Shown here: in pieces, positions 31,641 to 43,100 of the stretch
Layout of the letters: each line of letters opens with the position of its first letter
Position numbering within the stretch: the first letter of the stretch is position 1
Assembly: GCA_013416795.1 (NCBI GenBank)
Contig: RQSC01000030.1
Span: 185,965-249,964, forward strand
DNA: 64,000 nt
Direction: 5' to 3'
From: Prasinococcaceae sp. CCMP 1430
Taxonomy: Eukaryota; Plantae; Prasinodermophyta
Translations under genes and position numbers: made by a program
Notes under the pieces: generated by a model
The model's input: the letters and a program-made list of their open reading frames with translations, nothing else
Told to the model about the DNA's origin: nothing
Database searches by the model: none

Positions 31641-32868
31641 CGCCAAGGTCACGCGCCGCACGGCCACGGTGGCGCGCTCCAACTATGGCTCGCACGGCCA
31701 GACGACCAACCAGAGGGGGCGCTGGAGGGGCCTGGACGAGGACATCTCGGACGACCAGCAGGACATCTCGCGCGGCCGCGGCATGGTCGACTCCAAGTTC
31801 CAGGGCGGCTTCATGCAGGACGGCACCCACAACGCCATCATGTCGGGCTCGGACTACGAGTCGGACGGCATCCGCAAGCTCGGCAACATCGACGGCGACT
31901 ACTACATCTGCCCGGCCTTCCTCGACAAGCTCACCGTGCACGTGGTGAAGAACTTCCTCGACCTGCCCAAGATCAAGGTGCCGCTCATCCTGGGCATCTG
32001 GGGCGGCAAGGGCCAGGGCAAGTCGTTCCAGTGCGAGCTCGCGTTCAAGAAGATGGGCATCAACCCGATCATGATGTCCGCCGGTGAGCTCGAGTCCGGC
32101 AACGCCGGCGAGCCCGCCAAGCTGGTGCGCCAGCGCTACCGCGAGGCGTCGGACATCATCGCCAAGGGCAAGATGAGCTCGCTGTACATCAACGACCTCG
32201 ACGCCGGCGCCGGCCGCATGGGCGGCACCACCCAGTACACCGTCAACAACCAGATGGTGAACGCCACCCTCATGAACATCGCCGACAACCCCACCAACGT
32301 GCAGCTGCCGGGCGTGTACCAGAACGACGAGATCCCGCGCGTGCCCGTCGTGGTCACCGGCAACGACTTCTCCACCCTGTACGCCCCGCTCGTGCGCGAC
32401 GGCCGCATGGAGAAGTTCTACTGGTCGCCCACCCGCGAGGACCGCATCGGCGTGGCCGCCGGCATCTTCAAGGAGGACGGCGTGTCGGAGCAGGACGTGA
32501 CCGTCATCGTCGACACCTTCCCCACGCAGTCGATCGACTTCTTCGGCGCGCTGCGCGCGCGCGTGTACGACGACAAGGTGCGCGACTTCATCGCCTCGGA
32601 GGGTCTGGAGAACCTCGGCAAGCGCCTCGTCAACCCCGCGCAGGGCCAGGCCGTGACCTTCGAGAGGCCCAGCATGAGCCTGGACGTGCTCCTCGAGTAC
32701 GGCCGCCTGCTCACCAAGGAGCAGGACAACGTGACGCGCGTGCAGCTGGCCAACGAGTACCTCGACACCGCGGCGCTCCCGGGCAGCGACGCGCCGGCCG
32801 TGGGCGAGCGCGTGCGCGACACCCCCGGGCAGGGCCAGTTCACCGACCAGTCCGAGAGCTACTGGTAA
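31641..32868 (+). CDS. RCA: Rubisco activase (green-type AAA+); transit-peptide exon not visible
   Basis: [92 protein letters not shown]. Acceptor gcAG ending 31640. Confidence 0.97.
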
Positions 32869-33203
32869 AGGGGAACTTTTTGACGTAATGTATTGGTGAG
32901 GAGGCGGGCGACTGACGCGCCGAGGTGCCCTCGTCGGGAGGGTGGCGGCGCGCGCGTCAGCCGCCCGCCAGTGGCGGAACCTAGTAGGTGGTAGTTGCAA
33001 GCTCCAAGTCGCATATATAACCTATTGTCTTTTGTCCCAAGCAGCCGGTCGGCGCGCAGCTCGTGTGAGCGAGCGCCTGAGCAGCGCTCGCGCCGCTCGG
33101 CCGCGCGCGCAGCGACGCCCTCTGTGGCCTCTGAACCAAAACCGCGGAATTTAGACGTGCAGGTTGGACCGCGCCGGCGTCTCGAGCAGCACTGCGACCT
33201 CCA

Positions 33204-33941
33204 CTACCGCCCGGGGGCGTCGCCGTCGGTGGGGCGCAGGACGACCATCCGCGCGGCCTGCCAGGGCGCGTCGACGGAGCCCGGGATGATGGCGTTGCGC
33301 TCCACTGCGAGGCCAGGGGCGGCGTCGAGGACCGCCCGGACCTCAGACTCGTAGATGAGCGGCCCGAAGTCGATGGTCGTCAGCCACTGCATGCGAGGCT
33401 TTATGGCGGCGAAGATCGGCCCCGTCCAGTGCGGACGCTGGAAGGTCTGGGTGATGACCACCTTGCCCCCGGGCTTCACCAGCCGCCGCGCGACGGCGAG
33501 CGCCTCCTGGAGGTCAGGCAGCAGCGAGAAGCTGCCGGAGAAGTAGCACACGTCGTACGCCTCCCCGCCGTTTGCCTCCACCGCCCCCCGCACAGCCGCC
33601 GCGTCGTAGAGCGACGCGCAGTGCACCTGCACGCTGCCCTCGAGGCCCTCGGCGGCCGCGAGCCGCCGTGCACGCCGCACGTATGCCGCGTCGTAGTCCA
33701 GGCCGTAGACGCGCAGCTTCCGCCTCTTGAGCTCGTTGGCGTGGAGCAGCAGCGCGGCGCCCGTGCCGATCCCGACGTCGATGACCGAGCCGCCCTCGGG
33801 CACCTCGGCGAGCGCGACCTCGTACCAGCGGCCTGTCATGTGCAGGACGAACGCGTCGTACACCCAGCCCTTGCAGAGCCACCCGGCCGCGGCAACCGCA
33901 AGGCAACCGCCCGCGGCGGTGGCGAGCGCGTGCGCGGCCAT
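33204..33941 (-). CDS. Class I SAM-dependent methyltransferase with an N-terminal hydrophobic segment
   Basis: VIDVGIGTG (motif I), VYGLDYDAAYV, YDVCYFSGSFSLLPD...LVKPGGKVVITQTF. Confidence 0.88.
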   Translation of the reverse strand: MAAHALATAAGGCLAVAAAGWLCKGWVYDAFVLHMTGRWYEVALAEVPEGGSVIDVGIGTGAALLLHANELKRRKLRVYGLDYDAAYVRRARRLAAAEGLEGSVQVHCASLYDAAAVRGAVEANGGEAYDVCYFSGSFSLLPDLQEALAVARRLVKPGGKVVITQTFQRPHWTGPIFAAIKPRMQWLTTIDFGPLIYESEVRAVLDAAPGLAVERNAIIPGSVDAPWQAARMVVLRPTDGDAPGR

Positions 33942-34423
33942 CGCGCGTCCGCTCCGCGCTAACGAACCTGTCCCCCGCCCCTGCCCGCCAACTCCCACCG
34001 CCCGTCGCCCCTCCTCACAGTTTCCCCCGCTTTGCCTCCCCTCGGCCCGCAGCGCGCGAGGTGTGGCGAGGCCAGCGCGCGTGCGCGCGCGTGCGTGTCT
34101 GTGCGCATGTGCGGGCGCGCGCGCATCGTTGCGTGCACGCACACGACGCGGGGACACCCCAGCGAGATTGCCAGCATCCGGTGAGACCGGTCGGGCGCTG
34201 CGCGATGCACGTGGAGCTGCCGTGCATCGACGAAGACATGCATGGCCTCGCCGAGGGACTGCAGGTAGGACGTGCGGGCGTCTGGCGAGTGCGTGCGTGC
34301 GTGCGTGCGTGCGTGCGTGTGTGCATGTGTGAGTGTGTGTGCATGTGTGCGTGTGTGCGTGTGTGCGTGTGCGTGCGCACGTGTGTGTGTGTGCAACGCG
34401 CAGAATGCTGTGCTTATTAGTGA

Positions 34424-35377
34424 CTATGTATTAGTTCGCGGCGCTGTGCTGCCCTCTCCGTCGCCAGCGCCGACGCCAGGGCGGATGAGCGCGATGGCAG
34501 CGGCGAGGCGGCCCGCCTCGGCGCCCTGCCGCCTGTGCGAGTACCAGGCGCCAGGCGGGGCGTCGGCCGCCGTGCACCAGCCGGCCGCGGTGTCCTCAGT
34601 GGCCTCGCACGGAGCTGCCGCCACCCCGGCGCTGCGCAGGCTTCCAAGCACGGCACCACGCAGATCGACGTGCGGGCGCGCCCACTGCGGCGACCTGTGC
34701 ACGTACTGCGCGTCGAACGCGTCAGCAACCTCCTCGCCTACCTCGAATGATTGCAGCGAGATGCAGGGCGAGATGAAGTAGCGAATGCGCTCGGGGCGCG
34801 CACCCAGCTCCTCCATCGCCGCGACTGTAGCCGCCGGAGCGCCGGCGACGGCGCCGCGCCAGCCAGCGTGGACGGCGCCGACGACGCCCGCGGACTCGTC
34901 GGCGAGGAGCACGGCCGTGCAGTCCGCAGCGGTGACCACGCACGCAACGCCCTCGGCGTCTGTCACCACTGCATCGGCGAGGCCCACGCGCTGCACGCCC
35001 CCGCTGCCGACGTCGGCCGCCCGGAGCGTGACCACAGTCGTGCCATGCTCGAGCTCCGGCAGCGCCCACGTCCTCACCCCGGCGCTGCGCATGGCGTCCA
35101 ACAGAGCGAGGCGCCCCGGCGCATCCCCCGCGTCCGCGCGCAGCGACGCACAGCCCGCTGCGGCTGTGGTGAGCGCCGTCACGAGGGCGAGGCCACCCGC
35201 AGCGGCAGGGACGTCGGGCAGCGGCACGCTCAGCTGAGGGGCGAACACCCCGCTCGCGCCGGGCAGTGGGCGCAGCCCCAGCTCGGGCGCAGGCGCATTG
35301 TCCCGAGCGCCCGCAGCCGCACCGCCGGCGCCGCACGCAGGTGGCCGGACGCGCGTGGCACCAGCCGCACCTGCCAT
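34424..35377 (-). CDS. YfiH/PgeF (LACC1/FAMIN-like, laccase-domain) family protein
   Basis: LEHG, ADAVVT, TAADCTAVLL, GAVHAGWRG, ISPCISLQSFEVG, VDL, WYSHRRQG...GRL; the His/Cys/His triad is present. Confidence 0.92.
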   Translation of the reverse strand: MAGAAGATRVRPPACGAGGAAAGARDNAPAPELGLRPLPGASGVFAPQLSVPLPDVPAAAGGLALVTALTTAAAGCASLRADAGDAPGRLALLDAMRSAGVRTWALPELEHGTTVVTLRAADVGSGGVQRVGLADAVVTDAEGVACVVTAADCTAVLLADESAGVVGAVHAGWRGAVAGAPAATVAAMEELGARPERIRYFISPCISLQSFEVGEEVADAFDAQYVHRSPQWARPHVDLRGAVLGSLRSAGVAAAPCEATEDTAAGWCTAADAPPGAWYSHRRQGAEAGRLAAAIALIRPGVGAGDGEGSTAPRTNT

Positions 35378-36400
35378 GGATGGCGCGCGCGCCTCCGCAC
35401 CCCACCGCCACCCCAGGGGCGCGGAGGGGGGGCGGGGCAGAGGCGCCACGCGGGCGCCCGCGTGTGTGGCGCGTCCGTCCGCCCGCCTGGAGCGGAGCAC
35501 GTTGGGAGTTGAGGTTACGTTAAGGGTTGTGTGTCTGAACCCTACAATTTTGGCTCTGATTTTGATGGGCGGTTGAGTTCGCACCGCGCAATGCAAATGA
35601 TGTGTTGCGGGCGTTTGAGAACCGCGCGCGCGCGGAAGGCTCCTCGTGGCGGAATTTCCGGACAGCGCGACCTCGTGCGCTCTCTGGAGTCGGCATGGCG
35701 CGTAGCACATTCCCCAATTGGCGCGCGCATTTGCATGCACCCGCTTGCCCGCACCGTGCGCTTAATCCATTCGTTCGCGCGTGTCAATCGATCGTCACCA
35801 CAACCGCACCATTTCGAGCAACGCGAGCGAAGGTAGACCTGCCAGAGACCAAACACATATTGCGTATCGCTTGGGGACCGAGGGGGTGCCCTAGCATCCC
35901 GCGTTCCTTGAACTCAGCGTCCGTTTAGTCCAGCAAGCCTCCGACCGAGGGAGTGTGTTGCCCAACCACCGATGTGATCACTGGGAGGGGACCGCCGGCG
36001 ACCTCGAGCTCCACCCCACGAGAGTAAGAGAAGGGCCCATGTCGGGCAGACCTTAGCCGCGTGCTCGATCGCCGCGCGTCGAGCATCGTAGCCGGCCCCA
36101 ATGACGACATCACCAACGTGTTAGTGTCTTAGTGACGAAGGGTACGCGGAAGGGCATCATGTTCACTGCTTCCATCTTGATAGGGGCCCATCTCCGGCAC
36201 CATAAGCTCGCTCTAACACCATGTGTGCACTAATGCCATTATTGAGGGGGAGCGATCAACTTCTAGATGAAAACGTACCCGTGGGGACAGTCTTGCTCGA
36301 GGATGGCATGGGAGCGCTGGTGGCAGACCCTAACCTCAATTAATGTTTGGGTATGCCACACACTGGAGCTGACTTAGCCCCCTCTTTTTATCCGCTCGCA

Positions 36401-37048
36401 GCCGCGGCACGCCGCGCGCGCGGGCGCAGAGGGCGTGCCACTGCGGCGTGGCGTGGCGTGGCGTGGCGTGACGAGGCGGCGCCAGGNNNNNNNNNNNNNN
36501 NNNNNNNNNNNNNNNNNNNNNNNNNNNNNNNNNNNNNNNNNNNNNNNNNNNNNNNNNNNNNNNNNNNNNNNNNNNNNNNNNNNNNNNNNNNNNNNNNNNN
36601 NNNNNNNNNNNNNNNNNNNNNNNNNNNNNNNNNNNNNNNNNNNNNNNNNNNNNNNNNNNNNNNNNNNNNNNNNNNNNNNNNNNNNNNNNNNNNNNNNNNN
36701 NNNNNNNNNNGCGCAGACGCGTACGCGCCCGCGCAGCGCCAGGCGCCGCGCGGCGCGGCCGCCTCGGCCGCCAACTGGGCGGGTGCGCTCTGCACCTCCG
36801 ACGGGGCAGCCACGCTGCCGCACCAGCGCGCGCTCACCGCGGGCTACCTCTGCCTCGCCGCTTGCGAGGCGCAGCCCCCCGCAGACGTGCTCTACTCCTT
36901 CGGCGCTTCGCCGGATGCCGCCGATGCTGCCGCTGAGGCCGTGTGCGCCTTCGTGCCCAAAGAACCCGCGACGCTCGCCACCGCCAAGGATGGCCGCGTG
37001 GCCGCGATGCTCAGCGGCGCGCGTGAGGCCTGTGGGTGCGCCACATGA
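36401..37048 (+). CDS. 3' part of a hypothetical protein, interrupted by gap 36487-36710
   Basis: Branch point and acceptor (CTGAC...ccgctcgcAG ending 36400). Post-gap frame reads ...NWAGALCTSDG...GYLCLAACEAQPP...REACGCAT*. Confidence 0.4.
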   Translation, partial: AAARRARGRRGRATAAWRGVAWRDEAAPXXXXXXXXXXXXXXXXXXXXXXXXXXXXXXXXXXXXXXXXXXXXXXXXXXXXXXXXXXXXXXXXXXXXXXXXXXXXADAYAPAQRQAPRGAAASAANWAGALCTSDGAATLPHQRALTAGYLCLAACEAQPPADVLYSFGASPDAADAAAEAVCAFVPKEPATLATAKDGRVAAMLSGAREACGCAT

Positions 37049-37140
37049 GAGTGGAATTAGCTAATGTATTAATTTGATTCACTGCGCGCGCGAGCACCCG
37101 CGCGCGGCAGGTCTGCGCCTGCCCCCCCCCAGCCGCCTGC

Positions 37141-40100
37141 CTATGAGGTGCTGGCGAGCAGCGCACAGCCTCGCATCACCCAGAAGCTCGCCGGCTGCTC
37201 GGTGCGAAGGTCGAACGCCGTGATGTAGTTCAAGCCCGTGCGCTTCTTCACGCGGTACGTTGGCGCCTGGTAGATGCCGGCCGTCTTGCGCTGGTTGGCG
37301 AGCACGCCGGTGACGTAGAGGACCGGCAGGCTGGAGTACAGCTTCTTTGGCTCCGAGTCCACCAGCTTGTTCTCCTTGGCGTTCCACCTCGCGCCGTCCA
37401 GGTACAGGCCGTAGATATACACGCCCTCCGACGGACCCTCCTTCACCTGCTCGTACTCCTTCGCCGGATGCGTCACCTCCGACGTCATCACCACGTCGTC
37501 GAGCGCCCACTTGTCGGCCGAGTGCTTGCGACTCACCTCCTGCTTCATCGCGGTCAGGAAGCCGCCCGGGTTGAAGAAGCCCGTCATCCAGAAGGCCTTT
37601 GGCCTGCCGGCGTTGAGCCACTTGTTGAGCTGGTCGAAGCGCTCGGTGAGGCCCTCGAACCACAGCCCGAGCGACCCGGCGTCCCAGCTCTTGGCGAGCC
37701 AGCTCGGCGGGATACGCGCATCGAAGAGCGCGTTGAGCGAGAGCAGCAGCGGCTCGCTGAGCGCGATGGTGCCGGCGATGGCCAGACGAAGGTCGCTGAG
37801 CGTGCCCGCGGTCAGTTTGATGACCACATTGAGACGGTCGATCTCCTGGCGCAGGTGCACGTTCAGCGGCGCGGTCGCGCCGCCAGAGAGCTTCTTGAGC
37901 TTGTCCTTGGTGTCCTCGCCCTCGAAGGCCGACGGCATCTTCGCCAGCAGGTCCTCGCAGATTTTGTCGACCTGCTCCTCGCGCGTCAGCCCGCCTGCGC
38001 CGCCGCCGCTCTTGGGCATGGTCTCGAGGATGGTGTCCAGCGAGGCCTGCACCTGCAGCGTGCGGTAGGTCAGGTCTGCGTTCGAGTGCAGGCCGTAGAG
38101 CTCGGGCGACTCGGTGCCCGGCAGCGTGTCGATGTGCTTCTGGTAGAACTCGTGGTCCGCGAACGAGACCACCTCGTACCCCGGGAACAGCACGTGGCCC
38201 TTGTTGAGCACCTTCTCATGGAAGTAGGCCTCCGCGTACGTGCTCATCAGCAGGCGGTCGTAGTCGTCTGTGATGCGACCGCCGTACTGGATCTCGGACA
38301 CCATGTAGCGCACCGTCGACCAGGTGACCACCTCCGATTTCTTCGCCTCCATGTCAGTGAGATGGTTCTGCAGGAACTGCGTGCACGCGCTCAGGTCCGA
38401 CTGGTTGAACTCGTACGGGATGTTCCAGCCGATTGGCCCGAACTTGCGCCTCTCCTGCGTCACCGAGTGCAAGAAGCACTGCACGAAGAGCAGCTGGCGC
38501 CACTTCTCGCTGGCGACGGCGTCGAGCATGTCCTGCGTCACCCACGAGTAGCTGTTGCGCAGGCCGGCCTTGAGGCCAGAGGGCGCCTCGTTGGTCAGCT
38601 TGATGCCCATCTGCAGCAGGCCGATGGGGAACTGCGGGTGCGGCTCCGCCGTCAGGAAGAGGCGGAAGTTCTCGTGCAGGTCGGTGGCCTTGACCAGGAA
38701 CTGCTCCACCTCCTGCAGGTAGCTGAGCCCCAGGTGCGTGTTCTGCAGCAGCACCCACTGGCCCTCCTGCGTGGCCGTCGCGAGGTACTTGCGCGCGATC
38801 ACCTCCTGGCCCTGGCCCATCGACACGCCCAACACCTTGATCTTCTTCTTCTTGGCGAGGTCCTCGATGAGTTTGGTCGGATCAGCCCCGGGCGACAGAA
38901 TGGCGATCACCGGCACCTTGGGGGTCGTCTCCTGGAAGACGCCCTCCATGCTGAGCGGCACCGACTCGATAAATCGCGGGCCCAGCGCCTCGGCGATGTA
39001 ATCGGCCGCGGCGACGAGCGTGCGGTCCTCACGCCAGGCGCGCACGACCGACATGCGCTCGAACTTGGTGGCCTTCTCCTCGTAATCAGGGATCTTGGCC
39101 GCCTCGGGCGCCTCCGAATCATACCAGAGGCGCCACAGGCCGTCGTTGCGCGCCACCGACTCGCAAATGCCCGAGAAGCTGGGCAGTGCCGACATGGCCA
39201 CCGTGTTCAGCCACACGTTGTCGGGGATCCAGTCCTTGGGCTTCTTGCGGCAGTCGGAGATGTTGAGGGCAGACCCCGCCTTCAGGAAGGTACTGAACTC
39301 CTCTTGGGAGAGAACGCCCGCGCTCAGCTGCACGCGGATGGCGAGCATGAGCGCGAAGGTGAGCTTGTGGCGCTCGAAGAGGCCGCGCTGGATGTACAGG
39401 TACGCGTGGTACGTCAGGTAGTCGATGATGTTGGCGATGCGCTTGGACGGCATCGTCGCGCGCTCCGAGTTGTCGATGGACTGCATGTACAGCTCATTGA
39501 ACTGGACCAGCGCGGTCTGGTACATCACGTTGACGCTCGCCCAGTCGGCCACCAGGAAGTACACGAGCGCCGCGCGGTGCGCTACCGGACGGTACTCCTC
39601 GCACGCCTCTGTGATGCGCTTGTTGGTGTCGCTGGCGTTCTGCAGCTTCTCTGAGACCTCCTGCGACGTCGCCTTCGTGTTGGCGAGCACGTCAATGAGC
39701 TCGGTGTCGTCCAGCAGGTTACCCGACGACGACGACAGGCGGAAGAGCAAGTCGTCCTCCAGCTGCTTCACCTTGCGCTTGTAGTTGGTCACCTCCTCGA
39801 CCAGCTTCATGCGCTGCTCCTCCAGGTCCGACTTCTCCTTCAATATCAGCTTGTTGAGAAGCTGGTCCTCCAGGCCTGTGGAGGCGGGCGGGGCAGCGCG
39901 GCGGGCGCGCGTCAGCGAGGGCGCGCGCGATCGCGCGCTCCGGCCCAAAGTGCGCGCGCGGAAGGCTGAGGCCATCCAAACGTACCAGTCAGTGTCACGG
40001 TGAAGTCGATGACCGTCACCTTCGCCGACAGCTCGGGCGTAAAGTGCGGGTTGGGCAGGCGCGTGGTGAAGAACAAGCTGAACGTCTCCGCGTAGTCGAC

Positions 40101-43100
40101 CTCCTTATCGGCGAGCGCGATCTTCCAGCCCTTGCCGCTGCGCACGAAGCGCTTCTCGAGTACGGGGTCGAGCACGGGGTCGACATCCTCCTCGATGTTG
40201 GCGCAGAGCATCGGCTTGCCGTAAGAAAGACAGTCCTCGAGGTGATTGCGGAACTGGCGCTCGAGGAAGCCCGTCGTTCGCAGCTGGTTCGCCTCCTCCC
40301 TCGCCTTAATCCACGCGAGGCCCTGACCCTGCGGGTCGATGAGCAGCGGCCACCGCGTGGCGCGCGTCACGAGGATGCCGTTCTGCACCGACAAGTCGTC
40401 GTTGGGCAGCCCCTGGAGCGACCACTCGCCCACCTCGGACTCGGTGGCCAGGAACTTGGTCACCTGCAGGTCCTCGGTCACAGGCACGCCGCGCTTCACG
40501 CAATCCGCGTAGAAGTCGCGCGTGAGCAGCGTACTGCGGAATTCCTTGTTGAAGGGGCCCGCGTACGACACGAAGGCGCTCGCGATGGCCGAGTCGCCGG
40601 TGAGGCGCGAGATTTGGGACTCGAACGCCGCGCTCTGCTCCGTCCAGCGCACCTTCTCGCCCGCCAGCGCGCTGATGAGCGAGTTTGCGCTGTCCATCTT
40701 CTTCTGCGTGGCGAGGGCGTCATCCTCCAGGCGCTGCTTCTCGCGCATGGCCTTGTCGAAGCTGGCCTGCATCTCGTCCAGCTCGTCCTGCACCGCCTTC
40801 ATCTTGGTCTCCGCCTCATCGAGCTGGCCCTGCGCAATCTTGAGCTCCGCCTCGGACTCGCGCAGCTTGATGATCTTGGGCTCGACGTCCTTGGCGACGA
40901 AGTGGTACGTCGACATGGCGCTCGCCCAGTTACACAGGCCGGCGACGTTGCCCGAGGCCTTCTTGGCAGCCTCGAAGTTGAAGTCGGGCGCCATAAAGTA
41001 CGGCTCGAGCAGTTCGCACGTCTCGTCGTTGATCTGCTCCTTGGGGAAGTTCATCAGGTCCGACAGGAACGACGACTTGGACATCATCGTCGCGGACTCG
41101 GCGTAGTTCGCGTCGATCACCTGGTTGCCCTTGACGTCGATGTAGGCCACGGGCAGCACCTTGCGCATCGACAGCACCAGCACCGCGTCGAAAATGCGCT
41201 TGACCACGTCGGGCGGGTTCTTGAGCTGCTTGAGCGTGCCGATGTCCTTCTGGGTGATCGACGAGAGTGCCGCCACAGCGGCCTCAAGCGCAGGCTTGGC
41301 GGCCGCCAGGTCACGCTCGGCGTCGGCCTTGACCGCGCCGATCTCCTCGGCTTGCTCCTGGCACGCGTTCTTCACCTTGGTCACCTTGGCCTTCTCCTTC
41401 TCTGCGATGGCCGTCTTGGCCGAGATCTCCTTGAGCAACTCGGCCGACACGGCCTGCGCCTCCGCGAGCTCGGTGTTCTTGATGGCGAGCTCCTTCTTCA
41501 TCACGTCGACGTCCGCTGTCGCCTGCACCATCTTCTCGAGGCCCGAGTTGATCGCGGTGGCCAGCTCGTTGACCTCCTTGAGCTTGGCAGAGTACAGCGA
41601 CTTGTACCCGTTGATGAAGCTCAGGTACGACTTGGGCGTCACGTACACATGGCGGCGGAACGCCTGCAGGTACTCGTCGCACGCGGCGGTCACGAACGAG
41701 TGCACCGAGCCCATGTGGTTGACGAGCTCGGCCTTGACCTCTGGCGTGACGGCCTCGGCCATCTCGAAGTCGCCGATGAATTTGTTGGCGACGGCGGTGA
41801 GCGCGTCGAGCGGCCACGGAAGGAACCAGTCGATAGTGCACCCGTTGATGAGCCCCGGGAACTGCTGGGCGCGGCGTGCAAACTTGTCGCCGACCGGCGA
41901 GAAGCACAGCATGACGTGCAGGTTGGCGCGCACGCGCTGGAAGAAGAAGTCCAGCAGATTGTCGTACGAGTCCACAAAGGACGGGCCAAGCTCCTTCTTG
42001 GCGATCGGGCGCATGTCGTTCACCTGGCTGTCGATCTCCTCCTTGGAGAAGAGGCCGGCGACCTGGCCGGTCATCAGGAACTGGTTGAGGTACTCGAGGA
42101 AGGCCTCCTCCTTGATCTCGGCGTCGGTGAAGATCCAGCACACCTTCTTCCCCTTGTGGCCCGCAGTCTTGTACAGCGCGCGGATGTCGTCGAAGAGGTT
42201 GGCCGTGTTGTAGGTCTTCGTAATGGTCACCTGGAAGGTCTCCGCGCCTCCGACGTGCGACGCCAACTTTGTGAGGCTTTGCTTGCCCGAGCCGCCGACG
42301 CCCACTAGGAGGCCGTTGCCGCCGTCCATGGCCAGCACGCGCACGATGCGGCACATGTGCTCAAGCGCGTCGCGGAAGAGCACAAGGTCGAGCTTGTTGA
42401 CCTTGGACGCCGCGTTGAACGCCGCCTGGCGCTCATCGACGATCGCCTTGAGCGAGTCGAGGTCCGTGCACGCCTCGTAGAAGCTCGGGTTGGCATCGAT
42501 CGTCTCGCCGGTCTCCTCGTCCACCACGGGCGGGCGCAAGAAGTCAACGAAGTAGTTGGGCTCGCTCGTCTCGGCGGCGAGCTCGCCGCCCCACGCGCCC
42601 TTCGTGAGCGACGCAATCGTCTCGTCAAACCAGGCCTTGTCCGCCTTGGACGAAAGCTTGTCCGAGAACGTCCGCGCGCATTCGTGGCGCCAGAGCGACA
42701 CAAGGTAGCCCGCTGGCGTGGTCACCTGGGCGCCGAAGCCGGCCGAGGTGTCCGCGCCCGTGCGGAAGCGGTCGCGCGTGGCCAGGATGACGCCCTGGAA
42801 GACGCGCGACAGCTCGCGCATGCTGAAGATGTAGTGAAAGCACGCCGGCGTGGGGAGCATGCGCGCCTGCACCTTCTTCCAGAGGTCGATGGTCGTCGGC
42901 ACGAGGAGCGCCGACGCCTCCACGACCGCCGCGTCGAAGACGTCGGCGGCGAAGCGGCCGGCGACAAGCGAACCGTAGATGTTGTTGATGGAGTCCACCG
43001 ACGGCGCGGGCACATTGAACATCGCGAACTGGCGCTTGAGGCGATTGGGGATGTCGTTCTTGCCGCCGCCTGGCGAGTTCATCGCCGCCACGTACAGCAC

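Larger units (their letters stand above)
5333..36710. other. Assembly gaps: N-runs at 5333-5560, 12000-12061, 20940-21028, 26103-26688, 27982-28941 and 36487-36710; single ambiguous bases at 1733, 10448, 18850, 30587, about 53834 and 58256
   Basis: Direct reading of the sequence, and X residues in the ORF track. Confidence 0.97.

Noticed and set aside
30067-32868. Myosin-Rubisco activase fusion or dicistronic unit
   Set aside because: The myosin frame stops at 31587, no donor joins it to the RCA acceptor, and the fragment begins at a single N. It is best explained as misplaced sequence.
33204-33941. Methyltransferase as a second selenoprotein
   Set aside because: There is no in-frame TGA, and I found no AUGA-AA-GA hairpin in its 3' region.
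36102-36135. SECIS-like ATGA...AA...GA string
   Set aside because: Helix II pairing is poor and no Sec-candidate gene lies upstream.
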